From Candidatus Woesearchaeota archaeon (GTDB taxonomy: Archaea; Nanobdellota; Nanobdellia; SCGC-AAA011-G17; PNOQ01), in NCBI GenBank assembly GCA_964587005.1, contig CAZPJW010000002.1:12487-76486 (forward strand): 64,000 nucleotides of DNA, in the 5' to 3' direction. Positions 38,388 to 47,703 of the stretch are shown here, in pieces. The first letter of the stretch is position 1, and each line of letters starts with the position of its first letter. The translations under genes were made by a program, and so were the position numbers. A model generated the notes under the pieces. That model worked only from the letters and a program-made list of their open reading frames with translations. It ran no database searches and was not told the origin of the DNA.

Positions 38388-38405
38388 ACTTTTTATTTTT
38401 TTAAA

Positions 38406-38570
38406 ATGAAAAAAAGAGGATTTTCGTTGTCAATAGAGATGGTAGTTTATGTTCTGTTAGCTATGGTTGTTTTAGCAGTTTTAATTTATATTTTTAAAGA
38501 TCAATCTAGTGAATTTTTTAATAGTATTGGAAGATTTTTTAAAATAGCTAATGAGAGTGTGCCAAAATGA
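38406..38570 (+). CDS. 54-aa mini pilin-like protein
   Basis: Manual translation MKKRG/FSLSIEMVVYVLLAMVVLAVLIYIF...; ATGA overlap with the next gene. Confidence 0.7.
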   Translation: MKKRGFSLSIEMVVYVLLAMVVLAVLIYIFKDQSSEFFNSIGRFFKIANESVPK

Positions 38571-39172
38571 AAAGAGGAGATATTCCTGGATTAACGTTTG
38601 GAACTATTCTTGGAGTATTGTTTACGTTTATTTTTATTTTATTTCTTTTTAAGAGTACTGCTATAGCAGATGTTCTTTTTGGAGTTGATGACAATAAATT
38701 AATTCAATCTTTAGATGGATTAGAAAAAGAGATTTATGAAATTGGTTTAGGTGAAGAAAAAGATATATTATTTTATTTTTCTGAAGATACTAAAGCTGTT
38801 TTAATGGCTTTTAATCTTGATCCTGGGAACCCAACTGAATGTTATGGGTCTCCGTGTATTGTTGTTTGTGATAATGAAAATTGTGATAATGATTATGTTA
38901 CTATTCCTCTTTCTGAGGATATTGAATTTTTGAATTCTGGATTGATTTTTGATTTATCTGATGTTGAAGGAGGGTTAGTTTCTTTGACTGTTAAAAATGA
39001 TGGTGGGAAGATTTCAATACGTCCGGGCAGAGATTGTACCGGTTTGGCTGATTGTGGTGACTATGAAGAAGATTTGTTTTGCCGTACTGACCCTTGTGGT
39101 GTTGGGCCTTGTTATATACAGTTAATACCTAGGGATTTTGGGGCCAGTGTTGAAGTTTGTTCGAATAAATAA
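38567..39172 (+). CDS. Pilin-like protein, Cys-rich C-terminus
   Basis: MKRG/DIPGLTFGTILGVLF. Confidence 0.7.
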   Translation: MKRGDIPGLTFGTILGVLFTFIFILFLFKSTAIADVLFGVDDNKLIQSLDGLEKEIYEIGLGEEKDILFYFSEDTKAVLMAFNLDPGNPTECYGSPCIVVCDNENCDNDYVTIPLSEDIEFLNSGLIFDLSDVEGGLVSLTVKNDGGKISIRPGRDCTGLADCGDYEEDLFCRTDPCGVGPCYIQLIPRDFGASVEVCSNK

Positions 39173-39217
39173 CAAAGATAACAAAAATCATATAAATGCT
39201 TAGATTAATTTTTGAAT

Positions 39218-39631
39218 ATGGTTACAGAGATGAATACTAAACTTTATTTATGGATTGGTTTTACTCTGGAAGCTTTTGCTGTTTTTATTGTAGTTGGCAT
39301 AATTTTATTTAATATGGGTAGTGGAGATAGAGCGTATCAAGAGTATTATTCAAAAGAGATAAGTTTAATTGAGGATGCTATTTTAACTTCAAATGGAAAT
39401 TTAGTTTTGTCATATAATGCAACAGAAAGGAGAGATAATTTTGATTTTTTGATTACTCAAGATTGTGAAGTTAGAGTAAGTGAAAGAGGTTTAACAAACC
39501 CCTATCTTTCTTATTATTGTTTTGGTAATGATTTTGTTGATAAAGGGGATGATCATTTAGAATTAAATGAGTTTAGAATAGATATGAAAGATAAGAAGAT
39601 TTTAACTTGGGGTGATTTTGGTGGGATTTAA
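39218..39631 (+). CDS. Minor pilin-like / single-TM protein
   Basis: N-terminal TM; lies within the pilin cluster. Confidence 0.6.
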   Translation: MVTEMNTKLYLWIGFTLEAFAVFIVVGIILFNMGSGDRAYQEYYSKEISLIEDAILTSNGNLVLSYNATERRDNFDFLITQDCEVRVSERGLTNPYLSYYCFGNDFVDKGDDHLELNEFRIDMKDKKILTWGDFGGI

Positions 39632-40070
39632 TCTGGCTAAAGATACTACTAGAATGCCAGTTTATGCTGTTTTGATACTTGTTATAGCAGCATTACTTAT
39701 TTTGGGAGGAAAACTTTTTTATGTGAGTAATCTTTCTGTAGGGGAGTTAGAAAATAGTTTGATAGTTTCAAGATTATTATATTCTGATGACTGTTTAAGT
39801 TTAGGAAATGGGGAATTAGATGTCAGTAGATTTAATGAGGATCATATTTTTAGTTGCTTGAATCTTGGAGAAGATTATGGTGCGAAATTAAGTTATTATT
39901 TTCTAGATGATAATTCTACGAAGGAAATAATTGAAGTCGATAAATATTTGACTTCTCGTTGTAGTTTAGGATTAGATAAAGATGACTACGCTTGCCATTA
40001 TTCAGAACATTATTTTACTTATGGCGAAAGGGGAGGAATATTTAGCATTTTAATTTCAAATGAAAATTAA
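39612..40070 (+). CDS. Minor pilin-like / single-TM protein
   Basis: N-terminal TM, RLLYSDDCL. Confidence 0.6.
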   Translation: MILVGFNLAKDTTRMPVYAVLILVIAALLILGGKLFYVSNLSVGELENSLIVSRLLYSDDCLSLGNGELDVSRFNEDHIFSCLNLGEDYGAKLSYYFLDDNSTKEIIEVDKYLTSRCSLGLDKDDYACHYSEHYFTYGERGGIFSILISNEN

Positions 40071-40707
40071 CAAAAGAGGAATGGAGGATGTAGCAGATAT
40101 TTTTACTTGGTTATTTATTTTAATCTTAGTAATTTTCTTTTTTGTGTTTATGGTATTTAGTGATGCCATTCAAAATAATGAAGTGGAAGCTGTTGCTAAG
40201 GTTTCTAATGATATTGATTCATATAATTATCAGCCTAGTTTGTTGGCTTATTTGAACACCAATGTAGAATATCAGGGAGTTAATAGAAGTATATTTTATT
40301 TAGTTGATGAATATTCAGATGGTTTTAATGATGTAAGTCTTCATGATTTTTTGAAAGTGAAAACTGGAGAGATTTTTGAAGAGATAGAAACCTGTTCTTG
40401 GAAAAAAAGGCCGGGTTCAGGTATTGAAGATTATAGTCGGTTGAAGTTTAAGGTTTTTGTAATTAGCGAAACAGAATGGGATAATATCAAAGATTCTGCG
40501 TATAAGAAAACAGATAAGGAAAATACTCTTTATGGGAAAAGTGAGGTCACTAGGCCGATGGATGTTGTTAGTGTAAAATTAAATGAAGATTATGTGGTTT
40601 ATTTGGGAGTAGTTTATTCTCCAAGGGCAACAGAATTAGGGAAGGATGTTTTCAATTTGGGATGTTATAATGAAGATTTGGAAAGGAAGTGGGCCGAAAA
40701 TGGATAA
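40060..40707 (+). CDS. Pilin-like protein
   Basis: INKRG/MED followed by a hydrophobic helix. Confidence 0.7.
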   Translation: MKINKRGMEDVADIFTWLFILILVIFFFVFMVFSDAIQNNEVEAVAKVSNDIDSYNYQPSLLAYLNTNVEYQGVNRSIFYLVDEYSDGFNDVSLHDFLKVKTGEIFEEIETCSWKKRPGSGIEDYSRLKFKVFVISETEWDNIKDSAYKKTDKENTLYGKSEVTRPMDVVSVKLNEDYVVYLGVVYSPRATELGKDVFNLGCYNEDLERKWAENG

Positions 40708-41410
40708 ACGAGGAATTTTAGCACAATTTATGTTGTTGTTTACTATTTTACTTATTTCTATGGCTATTGCTATCTTTTTTAGTAGTAAGGGGGAAACTTA
40801 TAATTTTGATTTGGGTGAGATTCAAGGAGAAGTTATTAGGGGATATATGGAAGTTGATTCTCAGAAATTTTATTTAGAAAATAATTTTGAAAAGGATGCC
40901 GGGAGCGTTATTGATGGTTTAATAGTTAAAGGTGGACTTGATGAACCTCTATTGAAGGGAGGATATGTATTATGGAAAAAGGGTAATACTGAATCTTTTC
41001 CTACAAGTTGGACAATTATAAAAGAGGAGTTAAGTAAAAGTTTAGATAAGGAAATTGGAGATTATGATTATGAGATTGTTAGAAAGGGTATGAAGATGAA
41101 TATTTCTTTTGACTCAGAAGTTTCTTTTTTTAGTGAAGGAGAAGATGTAATGAGGAATTTTGAAATTTCTTATAGTGAACCGGCTGAAGGAAGTGTTGAG
41201 TATAACTTTAATTTTGATGATTTTTTGAATAAAGCTGGAGAAATAGAAAGGGTGTCGGGTGTTTGTGGAGAAGATGAAAACTGTTGGAGAACTAGTTCTT
41301 CTGTAAATTTGGTGGATGTTAGGGATAAGCTTTTTAAGTTAGAGTTTACTACCTTTGGTTTGAATGGTGAGAAAACAGTTAAAGTTGCTGTTGATTTCGA
41401 TCCAAACTAA
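40700..41410 (+). CDS. Pilin-like protein
   Basis: MDKRG/ILAQFMLLF. Confidence 0.7.
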   Translation: MDKRGILAQFMLLFTILLISMAIAIFFSSKGETYNFDLGEIQGEVIRGYMEVDSQKFYLENNFEKDAGSVIDGLIVKGGLDEPLLKGGYVLWKKGNTESFPTSWTIIKEELSKSLDKEIGDYDYEIVRKGMKMNISFDSEVSFFSEGEDVMRNFEISYSEPAEGSVEYNFNFDDFLNKAGEIERVSGVCGEDENCWRTSSSVNLVDVRDKLFKLEFTTFGLNGEKTVKVAVDFDPN

Positions 41411-41433
41411 AATATTGGGGAAGAAGAGTTAAA

Positions 41434-42420
41434 ATGTTAAAATTTAATTATGAACAAATTGTTGATAAAATTATCAAAGAGAAGGGAATTTCTAAGGAAG
41501 AGATTGATGGAAAGGTAAATGAGAAAGTAAAGCAGCTTTCTGATTTGATAAGTAAAGAGGGTGCTGCGCATATTATTGCTAATCAGTTAGGTGTTAAGTT
41601 ATTTGATAATATTGATCCTGAAAAAACTATGAAAATAAAAGAGATTCCTAGGGGATTATCTGGAATTTCGGTTTTGGGTAAGATTATGGAAGTTAGAGAT
41701 GTTGTCAGTTTTAATAAAAATGGCAGAACTGGTAAAGTAGTTAATTTTACTATTGCTGATGAGACTGGGTTTATTAGGGCAGTTGTTTGGGATGAACCAA
41801 TAATTAATGAGATTGAGAAAGGGATGTTTAAGATGGATGATATTGTTAAGATAAAGAATGGCTACTCTAGAGATAATAATGGGTTTGTTGAGGTTCATTT
41901 AGGTAGTAGTAGTCAACTTATTGTTAATCCAAAAGGAGAGAGTATTGGCGAAGTTAAAATGAGCCGGGATAAGCTTGGTAGGAAAAAATTAGATGAAGTA
42001 AAAGAAGGAGATATGGTGGAAGTTTATGGAACTGTTGTTCAACTTTTTGAACCTAGATTTTTTCATGTTTGTAGTAAATGTGAGAAGAAAGCTAATGAAG
42101 AAAATGGAGAATTTATGTGTAAAGAGCATGGAAAAGTTGATGCTAAGAAACGGGGAGTTCTAAATTTCTTTTTTGATGATGGCTCTTCAAATATTCGGGC
42201 AGTTTGTTTTGGTGACACTATAAAAGGATTAATTGATTATAGTGATGATGATTTAGAAAACTTTTCTTCGGCTTTATTTGATGTTTGGAGAAAGGAGATT
42301 TTAGGAAAGCAAATTTTGGTGGAAGGCAGAATCAATAAGAATGATATGTTTGATAGATTAGAATTTGTAGCAAGAAAAATTAAAGAGGCTGACCCGAGTG
42401 TTTTGATAGGAGAAGTTTAG
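41434..42420 (+). CDS. rpa: Replication protein A (OB-fold ssDNA-binding protein)
   Basis: IADETGFIRAVVW OB fold; second OB with CxxC...CxxH Zn finger. Confidence 0.85.
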   Translation: MLKFNYEQIVDKIIKEKGISKEEIDGKVNEKVKQLSDLISKEGAAHIIANQLGVKLFDNIDPEKTMKIKEIPRGLSGISVLGKIMEVRDVVSFNKNGRTGKVVNFTIADETGFIRAVVWDEPIINEIEKGMFKMDDIVKIKNGYSRDNNGFVEVHLGSSSQLIVNPKGESIGEVKMSRDKLGRKKLDEVKEGDMVEVYGTVVQLFEPRFFHVCSKCEKKANEENGEFMCKEHGKVDAKKRGVLNFFFDDGSSNIRAVCFGDTIKGLIDYSDDDLENFSSALFDVWRKEILGKQILVEGRINKNDMFDRLEFVARKIKEADPSVLIGEV

Positions 42421-42421
42421 A

Positions 42422-42877
42422 ATGATGTCAAAAACCCATATGGCTTTTGGTTTATTGGTGGGTTTATTTTTTTCTGAATTTTTTGGTATTGAGAATAAAT
42501 TATTATTTGTTTCTGTTTGCGTTTTGGCTTCTTTAGTTCCAGATTTAGATTTGCCTATGAGCACACTTGGGAGAAAGGTTCGTCCCCTATCTTGGTTGCT
42601 GAATATATTATTTGGGCATAGAGGGCTGCTACATACAATTTGGTTTCCTTTGATTATTTGGGTGATTTTGATGGTTTACGGGCATAATTTAATTGCAGGA
42701 GCATTTTTTCTTGGATATGTAAGTCATTTGATTATAGATATGTTAAACATAAAGGGACTTTATCTTTTTTATCCCATTATTCCAGTTAGATTATATGGTT
42801 TTGTTAAAACTGGAGGGATGCTAGAGTGGTTTTTATTCTTAGCTATGCTGGTTGGAACGGTTATGATTCTGATTTAG
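42422..42877 (+). CDS. YdjM-like membrane metal-dependent hydrolase
   Basis: TH, PDLD, HRGLLH, SHLIID. Confidence 0.85.
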   Translation: MMSKTHMAFGLLVGLFFSEFFGIENKLLFVSVCVLASLVPDLDLPMSTLGRKVRPLSWLLNILFGHRGLLHTIWFPLIIWVILMVYGHNLIAGAFFLGYVSHLIIDMLNIKGLYLFYPIIPVRLYGFVKTGGMLEWFLFLAMLVGTVMILI

Positions 42878-42952
42878 TAAGATTTAAAAAGAGATAAATA
42901 ACCTCATTTTTGTTATTCGGTTAATCGAATATCAAGGAGAATTAGAGTAAAA

Positions 42953-43243
42953 ATGAAAGGAAAAATTAAGTGGTTTAATTCCAAAAAAGGATTTGGATTT
43001 ATAGAAGGCGAAGATGGACAGGATTATTTTGTTCATTATTCAGAAGTTCCTAATGGCGTATTCCTTAGGGAAAATGATGAAGTAAACTTTGAACCTGCAG
43101 AAACTGATAAGGGTAAACAGGCAAAAGCTATTTCTTTAGCTGGAAAAGGAGATGCTCCGGTTGAAGAAGAGTCTGCTGAAGGCAAAGCAGAATCCGAAGA
43201 AGGGGAAGCACAAGAAGAAGTTCAAGATAGTGAGGATTTTTAG
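42953..43243 (+). CDS. Cold-shock domain protein with acidic tail
   Basis: KWFNSKKGFGFI, DYFVHYS. Confidence 0.92.
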   Translation: MKGKIKWFNSKKGFGFIEGEDGQDYFVHYSEVPNGVFLRENDEVNFEPAETDKGKQAKAISLAGKGDAPVEEESAEGKAESEEGEAQEEVQDSEDF

Positions 43244-43319
43244 TTAAAAATAAATTGACGTAATTTATTATTTTCTTTTTTTCGTTAATTTTATATATTA
43301 CTTAGTTTAGTTTAGAAAA

Positions 43320-43862
43320 ATGAAAAAAATATTCGTTATTGTATTGATATTAATCATTGGAGGAATAATTATGGCAAATTTAAATAATAATGAAAGCTCA
43401 GATAAAAAAATAGTTTTACTTGAGACAAATAAAGGAGATATTAAATTAGAATTGGCTGGAGATATGCCTATTACTACTGGAAATTTTATTAATTTAGTTG
43501 AAGAAGGAACTTACGATGGAGTAATTTTTCATAGAGTTATTGATGGGTTTATGATTCAAGGTGGAGATCCTACTGGAACTGGTTTTGGAGATAATAGTAT
43601 TCCAAATATAAAAGATGAATTTACTAGTAATAATAAAAATAATAGAGGAACTATTTCGATGGCGAATGCTGGTCCAAATACTGGGAGTAGTCAGTTTTTC
43701 ATCAATTTGGTAAATAATAATTTCTTAGATGATAAGCATCCGGTTTTTGGGAAAGTTATTGAAGGAATGGATATTGTTGATGCTATTGCTAAGGTTGAAA
43801 CTGGTTCGAGTGATAGACCGTTAGAAGAAGTTAAGATAATTAAGGCAAGTGTTGTTGGTTGA
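43320..43862 (+). CDS. Cyclophilin-type peptidyl-prolyl isomerase with N-terminal signal/anchor
   Basis: FHRVIDGFMIQGGDP, SMANAGPNTGSSQFF. Confidence 0.93.
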   Translation: MKKIFVIVLILIIGGIIMANLNNNESSDKKIVLLETNKGDIKLELAGDMPITTGNFINLVEEGTYDGVIFHRVIDGFMIQGGDPTGTGFGDNSIPNIKDEFTSNNKNNRGTISMANAGPNTGSSQFFINLVNNNFLDDKHPVFGKVIEGMDIVDAIAKVETGSSDRPLEEVKIIKASVVG

Positions 43863-43872
43863 AACTAAATTT

Positions 43873-44067
43873 TTATTTTTTCTGAAATAAACTCCAAATT
43901 ATGTAAGTTACTACCATTATGGTAAATATAGTTAGGTAGTAGTAAATGTTTTGTTCTAGTATCATTCCAGAGGTACAATCACTGCAATAGACTCCGGAAG
44001 AAATTCTTAGTAATATTCCTACAACTATTGTAATCATAACTTTTAATTTTGTTGGTTTGAAGTTCAT
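43873..44067 (-). CDS. Small membrane protein with CxxC
   Basis: Two TM segments flanking CSDC. Confidence 0.55.
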   Translation of the reverse strand: MNFKPTKLKVMITIVVGILLRISSGVYCSDCTSGMILEQNIYYYLTIFTIMVVTYIIWSLFQKK

Positions 44068-44224
44068 TAATTGTGTTTGGTTTTATAATTATATAAATTT
44101 TGTCTTTCTTGCCAACTTGTCACGCACGGCAAAAGAGTTTATAAATAATGTTTAATATACTACTTTTAACACCTCCCAACTTTATTTTTCTTTTTGGGGC
44201 TTAAACAAAAACCGAATAGGAAAG

Positions 44225-45283
44225 GTGGTACAAGTGAGATGGTCTGAAAAAGAAATAGAATATCTGAATGAGAATTATTCTGATACAGATAATGAAGTCT
44301 TATCTGCCAAATTAAATCGTTCTATCTGCTCAATAGTTGGAAAGGCAAATAGTAGCTTAGGATTAAAGAAAACTAAACTTTGTAGAGTCTGTGGAAAGGA
44401 TGTTGCTGAGATAAATAGAAATGCCACAGTATGTAGAGATTGTTCTAAGGAGCATAAAAAGAATTACAAAAAAGATTGGAATCTTAAAAATAAGGATAGA
44501 TTGATCATTAAAGGCAAGAAGTGGAGAGAAGAAAATAAAGATCTTAGAAAGAAAAATGGCAGTTTATGGAGAATAAATAATAAAGAAAGAAAGAGGGTAA
44601 TGGATAAAGATTATTATAACAGAATTAAACTTTTAAGAAATTCATTATTGCCTGAGCCTATGTGCTCGGACTGTGGAATTACTTTAGAAAATTTTAGGGG
44701 GGAAAGATGTAAATCTTGTAGTAAAAAATATAGATATTTCCAACTTGCAGAACATCGGAAGAAGAATAAAGATTATCATAATGAATTTAATAGAAAGTAT
44801 AGGTGGCAGAGAAGGGAAAAGGAGAACGAAAGAAGATTAAAATTAGGATTGCCCGCAATAGGAAATAATTTTAGAAAGGAGCAGGAGCTTTTACTTTATG
44901 TTAAAAATTTATTTCCAAATGAAAAAATAATATTTCATGATTGGGGCACCTTGGGGGTGAAACTTGAGTTAGATATTTTTATTCCTGGGTTGAAATTGGC
45001 TTTTGAGTATCAGGGAAGACAACATTTTGAGTTCAGTAGCACTATGTATTGGAAAGATTATGAAGAATTTGAGAGACAAAAATTAAGAGATGAGATAAAA
45101 AGAAAACTTTGTTTTGAAAAAGGTATTACTTTAATTGAAGTTACTTGTTATGAAAAACTGAGCGAAGGATTAATCTTATCAAAATTAAATAAATTTAGAA
45201 TAGATACTGGTCAGTCTGTTTTACCAACTTTTGGCGAAATATCTGAAATTGAAACAAAATGCGAAAGCAAAGGAGGAATTTAA
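44225..45283 (+). CDS. Zn-ribbon + Vsr/DUF559-like PD-(D/E)XK endonuclease (free-standing homing-endonuclease-like)
   Basis: RWSEKEIEYL helix, two CxxC..CxxC units, K/R-rich spacers, ELDIFIPGLKLAFEYQGRQH...D..K...GITLIEV. Confidence 0.7.
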   Translation: MVQVRWSEKEIEYLNENYSDTDNEVLSAKLNRSICSIVGKANSSLGLKKTKLCRVCGKDVAEINRNATVCRDCSKEHKKNYKKDWNLKNKDRLIIKGKKWREENKDLRKKNGSLWRINNKERKRVMDKDYYNRIKLLRNSLLPEPMCSDCGITLENFRGERCKSCSKKYRYFQLAEHRKKNKDYHNEFNRKYRWQRREKENERRLKLGLPAIGNNFRKEQELLLYVKNLFPNEKIIFHDWGTLGVKLELDIFIPGLKLAFEYQGRQHFEFSSTMYWKDYEEFERQKLRDEIKRKLCFEKGITLIEVTCYEKLSEGLILSKLNKFRIDTGQSVLPTFGEISEIETKCESKGGI

Positions 45284-45550
45284 ATGGCAAATAAACCAAT
45301 AAATAAATATAAGTCTGGGGCCATAGAGGCCGCAATATGGAACAATGAAAGTACATTTAATAACAGTAAAGTAGAATTTAAGACCGTTTCTTTGACTAGG
45401 AGCTATAAGAAGAAAGGAGAAGATGTATGGAGATCTGAGTCTTTAAACTTGAGACGGCAAGATTTAATCAAAGCGATACTTGTTTTGCAAAAAGCACAAG
45501 AAGAGCTATTGATGCAACAATCGGAAGAGGAGGTTGGGGATGATGAGTAA
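45284..45550 (+). CDS. Small PC4-like putative ssDNA-binding protein
   Basis: GAIEAAIWNN...VSLTRSYK...W...L; strong SD; coupled to radA. Fold is inferred. Confidence 0.6.
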   Translation: MANKPINKYKSGAIEAAIWNNESTFNNSKVEFKTVSLTRSYKKKGEDVWRSESLNLRRQDLIKAILVLQKAQEELLMQQSEEEVGDDE

Positions 45551-46577
45551 AGAGAATAAAATGGAAGAAACTATCCCTGAAGAAATTAAGGAAACTACGG
45601 GTGAAATTACAGAAGAAGAACCTAAAGAAGAAAGATTTACAATTAATGATTTGCCCGGAGTTGGTCCGGCTACAGCTGAAAAACTAGCAGATTCAGGTTT
45701 TGATACTTTATTAAGCGTGGCAGTGGCATCCCCCTCTAAATTGGGAGAAGCCTCTGGAGTTTCTGATGCAGTTTCTAGAAAGATAATACAAGTAGCTAGA
45801 GACAAGCTTAACATGGGTTTTGAAACTGGATTAGACTTACTTAAAAAAAGAGAACAAGTCATCAAGTTGACTACAGGGAGTTTAAATTTTGATACTCTTG
45901 TTGGTGGAGGATTTGAATCTGGTTCAATTACAGAATGTTATGGTGCTTATGGTTCTGGAAAAACTGCTTTAGCTCATCAATTAGCAGTTACTGCTCAAAT
46001 GCCTAGAGATCAAGGTGGAGCGGGTGGTGCCGTTGTTTGGATTGATACTGAAGGGACTTTTAGGCCAGAGAGAATACAACAGATAGCAGATGAAAATAAT
46101 TTGAATGGTGATGAATTGTTAGAGAATATTAAAGTTGTTAGAGCATTTAATTCAGACCATCAGATGCTGTTGGCAGAGAAAGTTGAAGAGCTGATAAACA
46201 AAGAGAATATACCGGTAAAGATAGTTATTGTGGATTCTCTAATGAGCCATTTTAGAAGTGAGTTTATCGGAAGAGGAACATTGAGTGATAGGCAGCAGAA
46301 ACTGAATAAGCATATGCATATCTTGCTTAAATTGGCTCATACATACAACATACTTGTCTATGTAACTAATCAAGTTATGGCGAAGCCGGATACGTTTTTT
46401 GGGGATCCTACCGAGGCAATTGGAGGACATATCGTTGCTCACGCTTCTACGACTAGACTTTATCTTAGAAGAGGTAAAAAAGGAAGTAGGGTGGCGAAAT
46501 TAGTAGACGCCCCGGCTTTGGCTGATGGAGAATGTATGTTTTACATAACTGATAAGGGTATTAGAGATGATGTATAA
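45543..46577 (+). CDS. radA: DNA repair and recombination protein RadA
   Basis: LPGVGPATAEKL HhH, GAYGSGKT, IDTEGTFRPER, TNQV. Confidence 0.95.
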   Translation: MSKENKMEETIPEEIKETTGEITEEEPKEERFTINDLPGVGPATAEKLADSGFDTLLSVAVASPSKLGEASGVSDAVSRKIIQVARDKLNMGFETGLDLLKKREQVIKLTTGSLNFDTLVGGGFESGSITECYGAYGSGKTALAHQLAVTAQMPRDQGGAGGAVVWIDTEGTFRPERIQQIADENNLNGDELLENIKVVRAFNSDHQMLLAEKVEELINKENIPVKIVIVDSLMSHFRSEFIGRGTLSDRQQKLNKHMHILLKLAHTYNILVYVTNQVMAKPDTFFGDPTEAIGGHIVAHASTTRLYLRRGKKGSRVAKLVDAPALADGECMFYITDKGIRDDV

Positions 46578-46618
46578 AAAATGCAAATCTTTTTAATTTT
46601 TCTTTTATTCCTTTTTTT

Positions 46619-47203
46619 ATGAATTGGAATCATGGAATTTTGGAAGTTATTTCTGGACCTATGAAGTCCGCTAAAACCTTGGAATTAATTTTTAGATTGA
46701 AGAAGTTGGATTATTCAAATGTTAATTATCAGTTATTTAAACCTCAAATTGATGATAGGTTTTCTAAAGAAGAAGTTGTTAGTAGAGATGGCCACAAATT
46801 ACAAAGTATAGTTGTTCAAGGGAGTAATCCTAAAGAAATATTATTTAAATTAAAGCCAGATACGGATGTGGTTGCTATAGATGAAGGAAACTTTTTCTCT
46901 TTGGAGTTAATTAATGTTGTAAAAAAATTGTTGAAAGAAGGAAAAAATGTAATTGTTTGTGGTTTGGATTTGGATTTTAGAGGAGAACCGTTTGGACCTA
47001 TGCCAATTTTGTTAAGCATGGCAGATAAAGTTGTTAAGAAATATGCTTATTGTGATTTGCCAGGATGTGGAAAGATTGCGAATAGAACACAAAGAATGGT
47101 TGATGGAAAACCCGCACATTATGATAGTCCATTGATTGTGGTTGGGGGCAATGAATTATATGAGGCAAGATGTTTGAATCATCATGAAGTCCCCAAGGAT
47201 TAA
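46619..47203 (+). CDS. tdk: Thymidine kinase
   Basis: GPMKSAKT, IDEG, GLDLDFRGEPFG, YEARC. Confidence 0.93.
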   Translation: MNWNHGILEVISGPMKSAKTLELIFRLKKLDYSNVNYQLFKPQIDDRFSKEEVVSRDGHKLQSIVVQGSNPKEILFKLKPDTDVVAIDEGNFFSLELINVVKKLLKEGKNVIVCGLDLDFRGEPFGPMPILLSMADKVVKKYAYCDLPGCGKIANRTQRMVDGKPAHYDSPLIVVGGNELYEARCLNHHEVPKD

Positions 47204-47242
47204 GGAAACTTTTATAAACGCATTAATTTCCCAGTTTCTAAG

Positions 47243-47419
47243 ATGGTTAAGAAAGAATTACATTGTACATCATGTAACGTTAAAGTTAGTGGTTCGGATG
47301 TTTCTGTTAGATTTAAATGTCCAAATTGCGGAAAAGTTGAGATTATTAGATGTAAAAAATGTAGAGTGGACTCAATTCCTTATGTTTGCTCTGGTTGTGA
47401 GTTTGAGGGACCTAACTAA
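47243..47419 (+). CDS. Zn-finger small protein (DUF1610/HVO_2753-like)
   Basis: Manual translation with four CxxC motifs, ending FEGPN; typical position before EF-1beta. Confidence 0.88.
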   Translation: MVKKELHCTSCNVKVSGSDVSVRFKCPNCGKVEIIRCKKCRVDSIPYVCSGCEFEGPN

Positions 47420-47421
47420 AA

Positions 47422-47703
47422 ATGGCCGTAGTGATTATTACCTTGAAAATAATGCCTGAGAATCCAGAAATAGATATGGTAGAATTGGAGAAAAAAGCCA
47501 AAGAAAAGATTATTGAGTTTACTAAAGATGATGGCGAGATGAAAGTTGAAATTGAACCAGTTGCTTTTGGTTTGAATGCTCTTAAGATTATTTTTGTTAT
47601 GGAAGAATCTTTGGGAAGTCCTGATCCTTTGGCAGAAACTATAGAGAGTTTTGATGAAGTTACTTCTGCGGAAGTTGTTGATGTTAGAAGGGCGTTAGGA
47701 TAG
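47422..47703 (+). CDS. ef1b: Translation elongation factor 1-beta
   Basis: KIMPENPE...EPVAFGLNAL. Confidence 0.93.
   Translation: MAVVIITLKIMPENPEIDMVELEKKAKEKIIEFTKDDGEMKVEIEPVAFGLNALKIIFVMEESLGSPDPLAETIESFDEVTSAEVVDVRRALG

Noticed and set aside
47184..47459. 91-aa ORF from the track
   Set aside because: The overlapping frame 47243-47419 encodes the recognisable four-CxxC protein.
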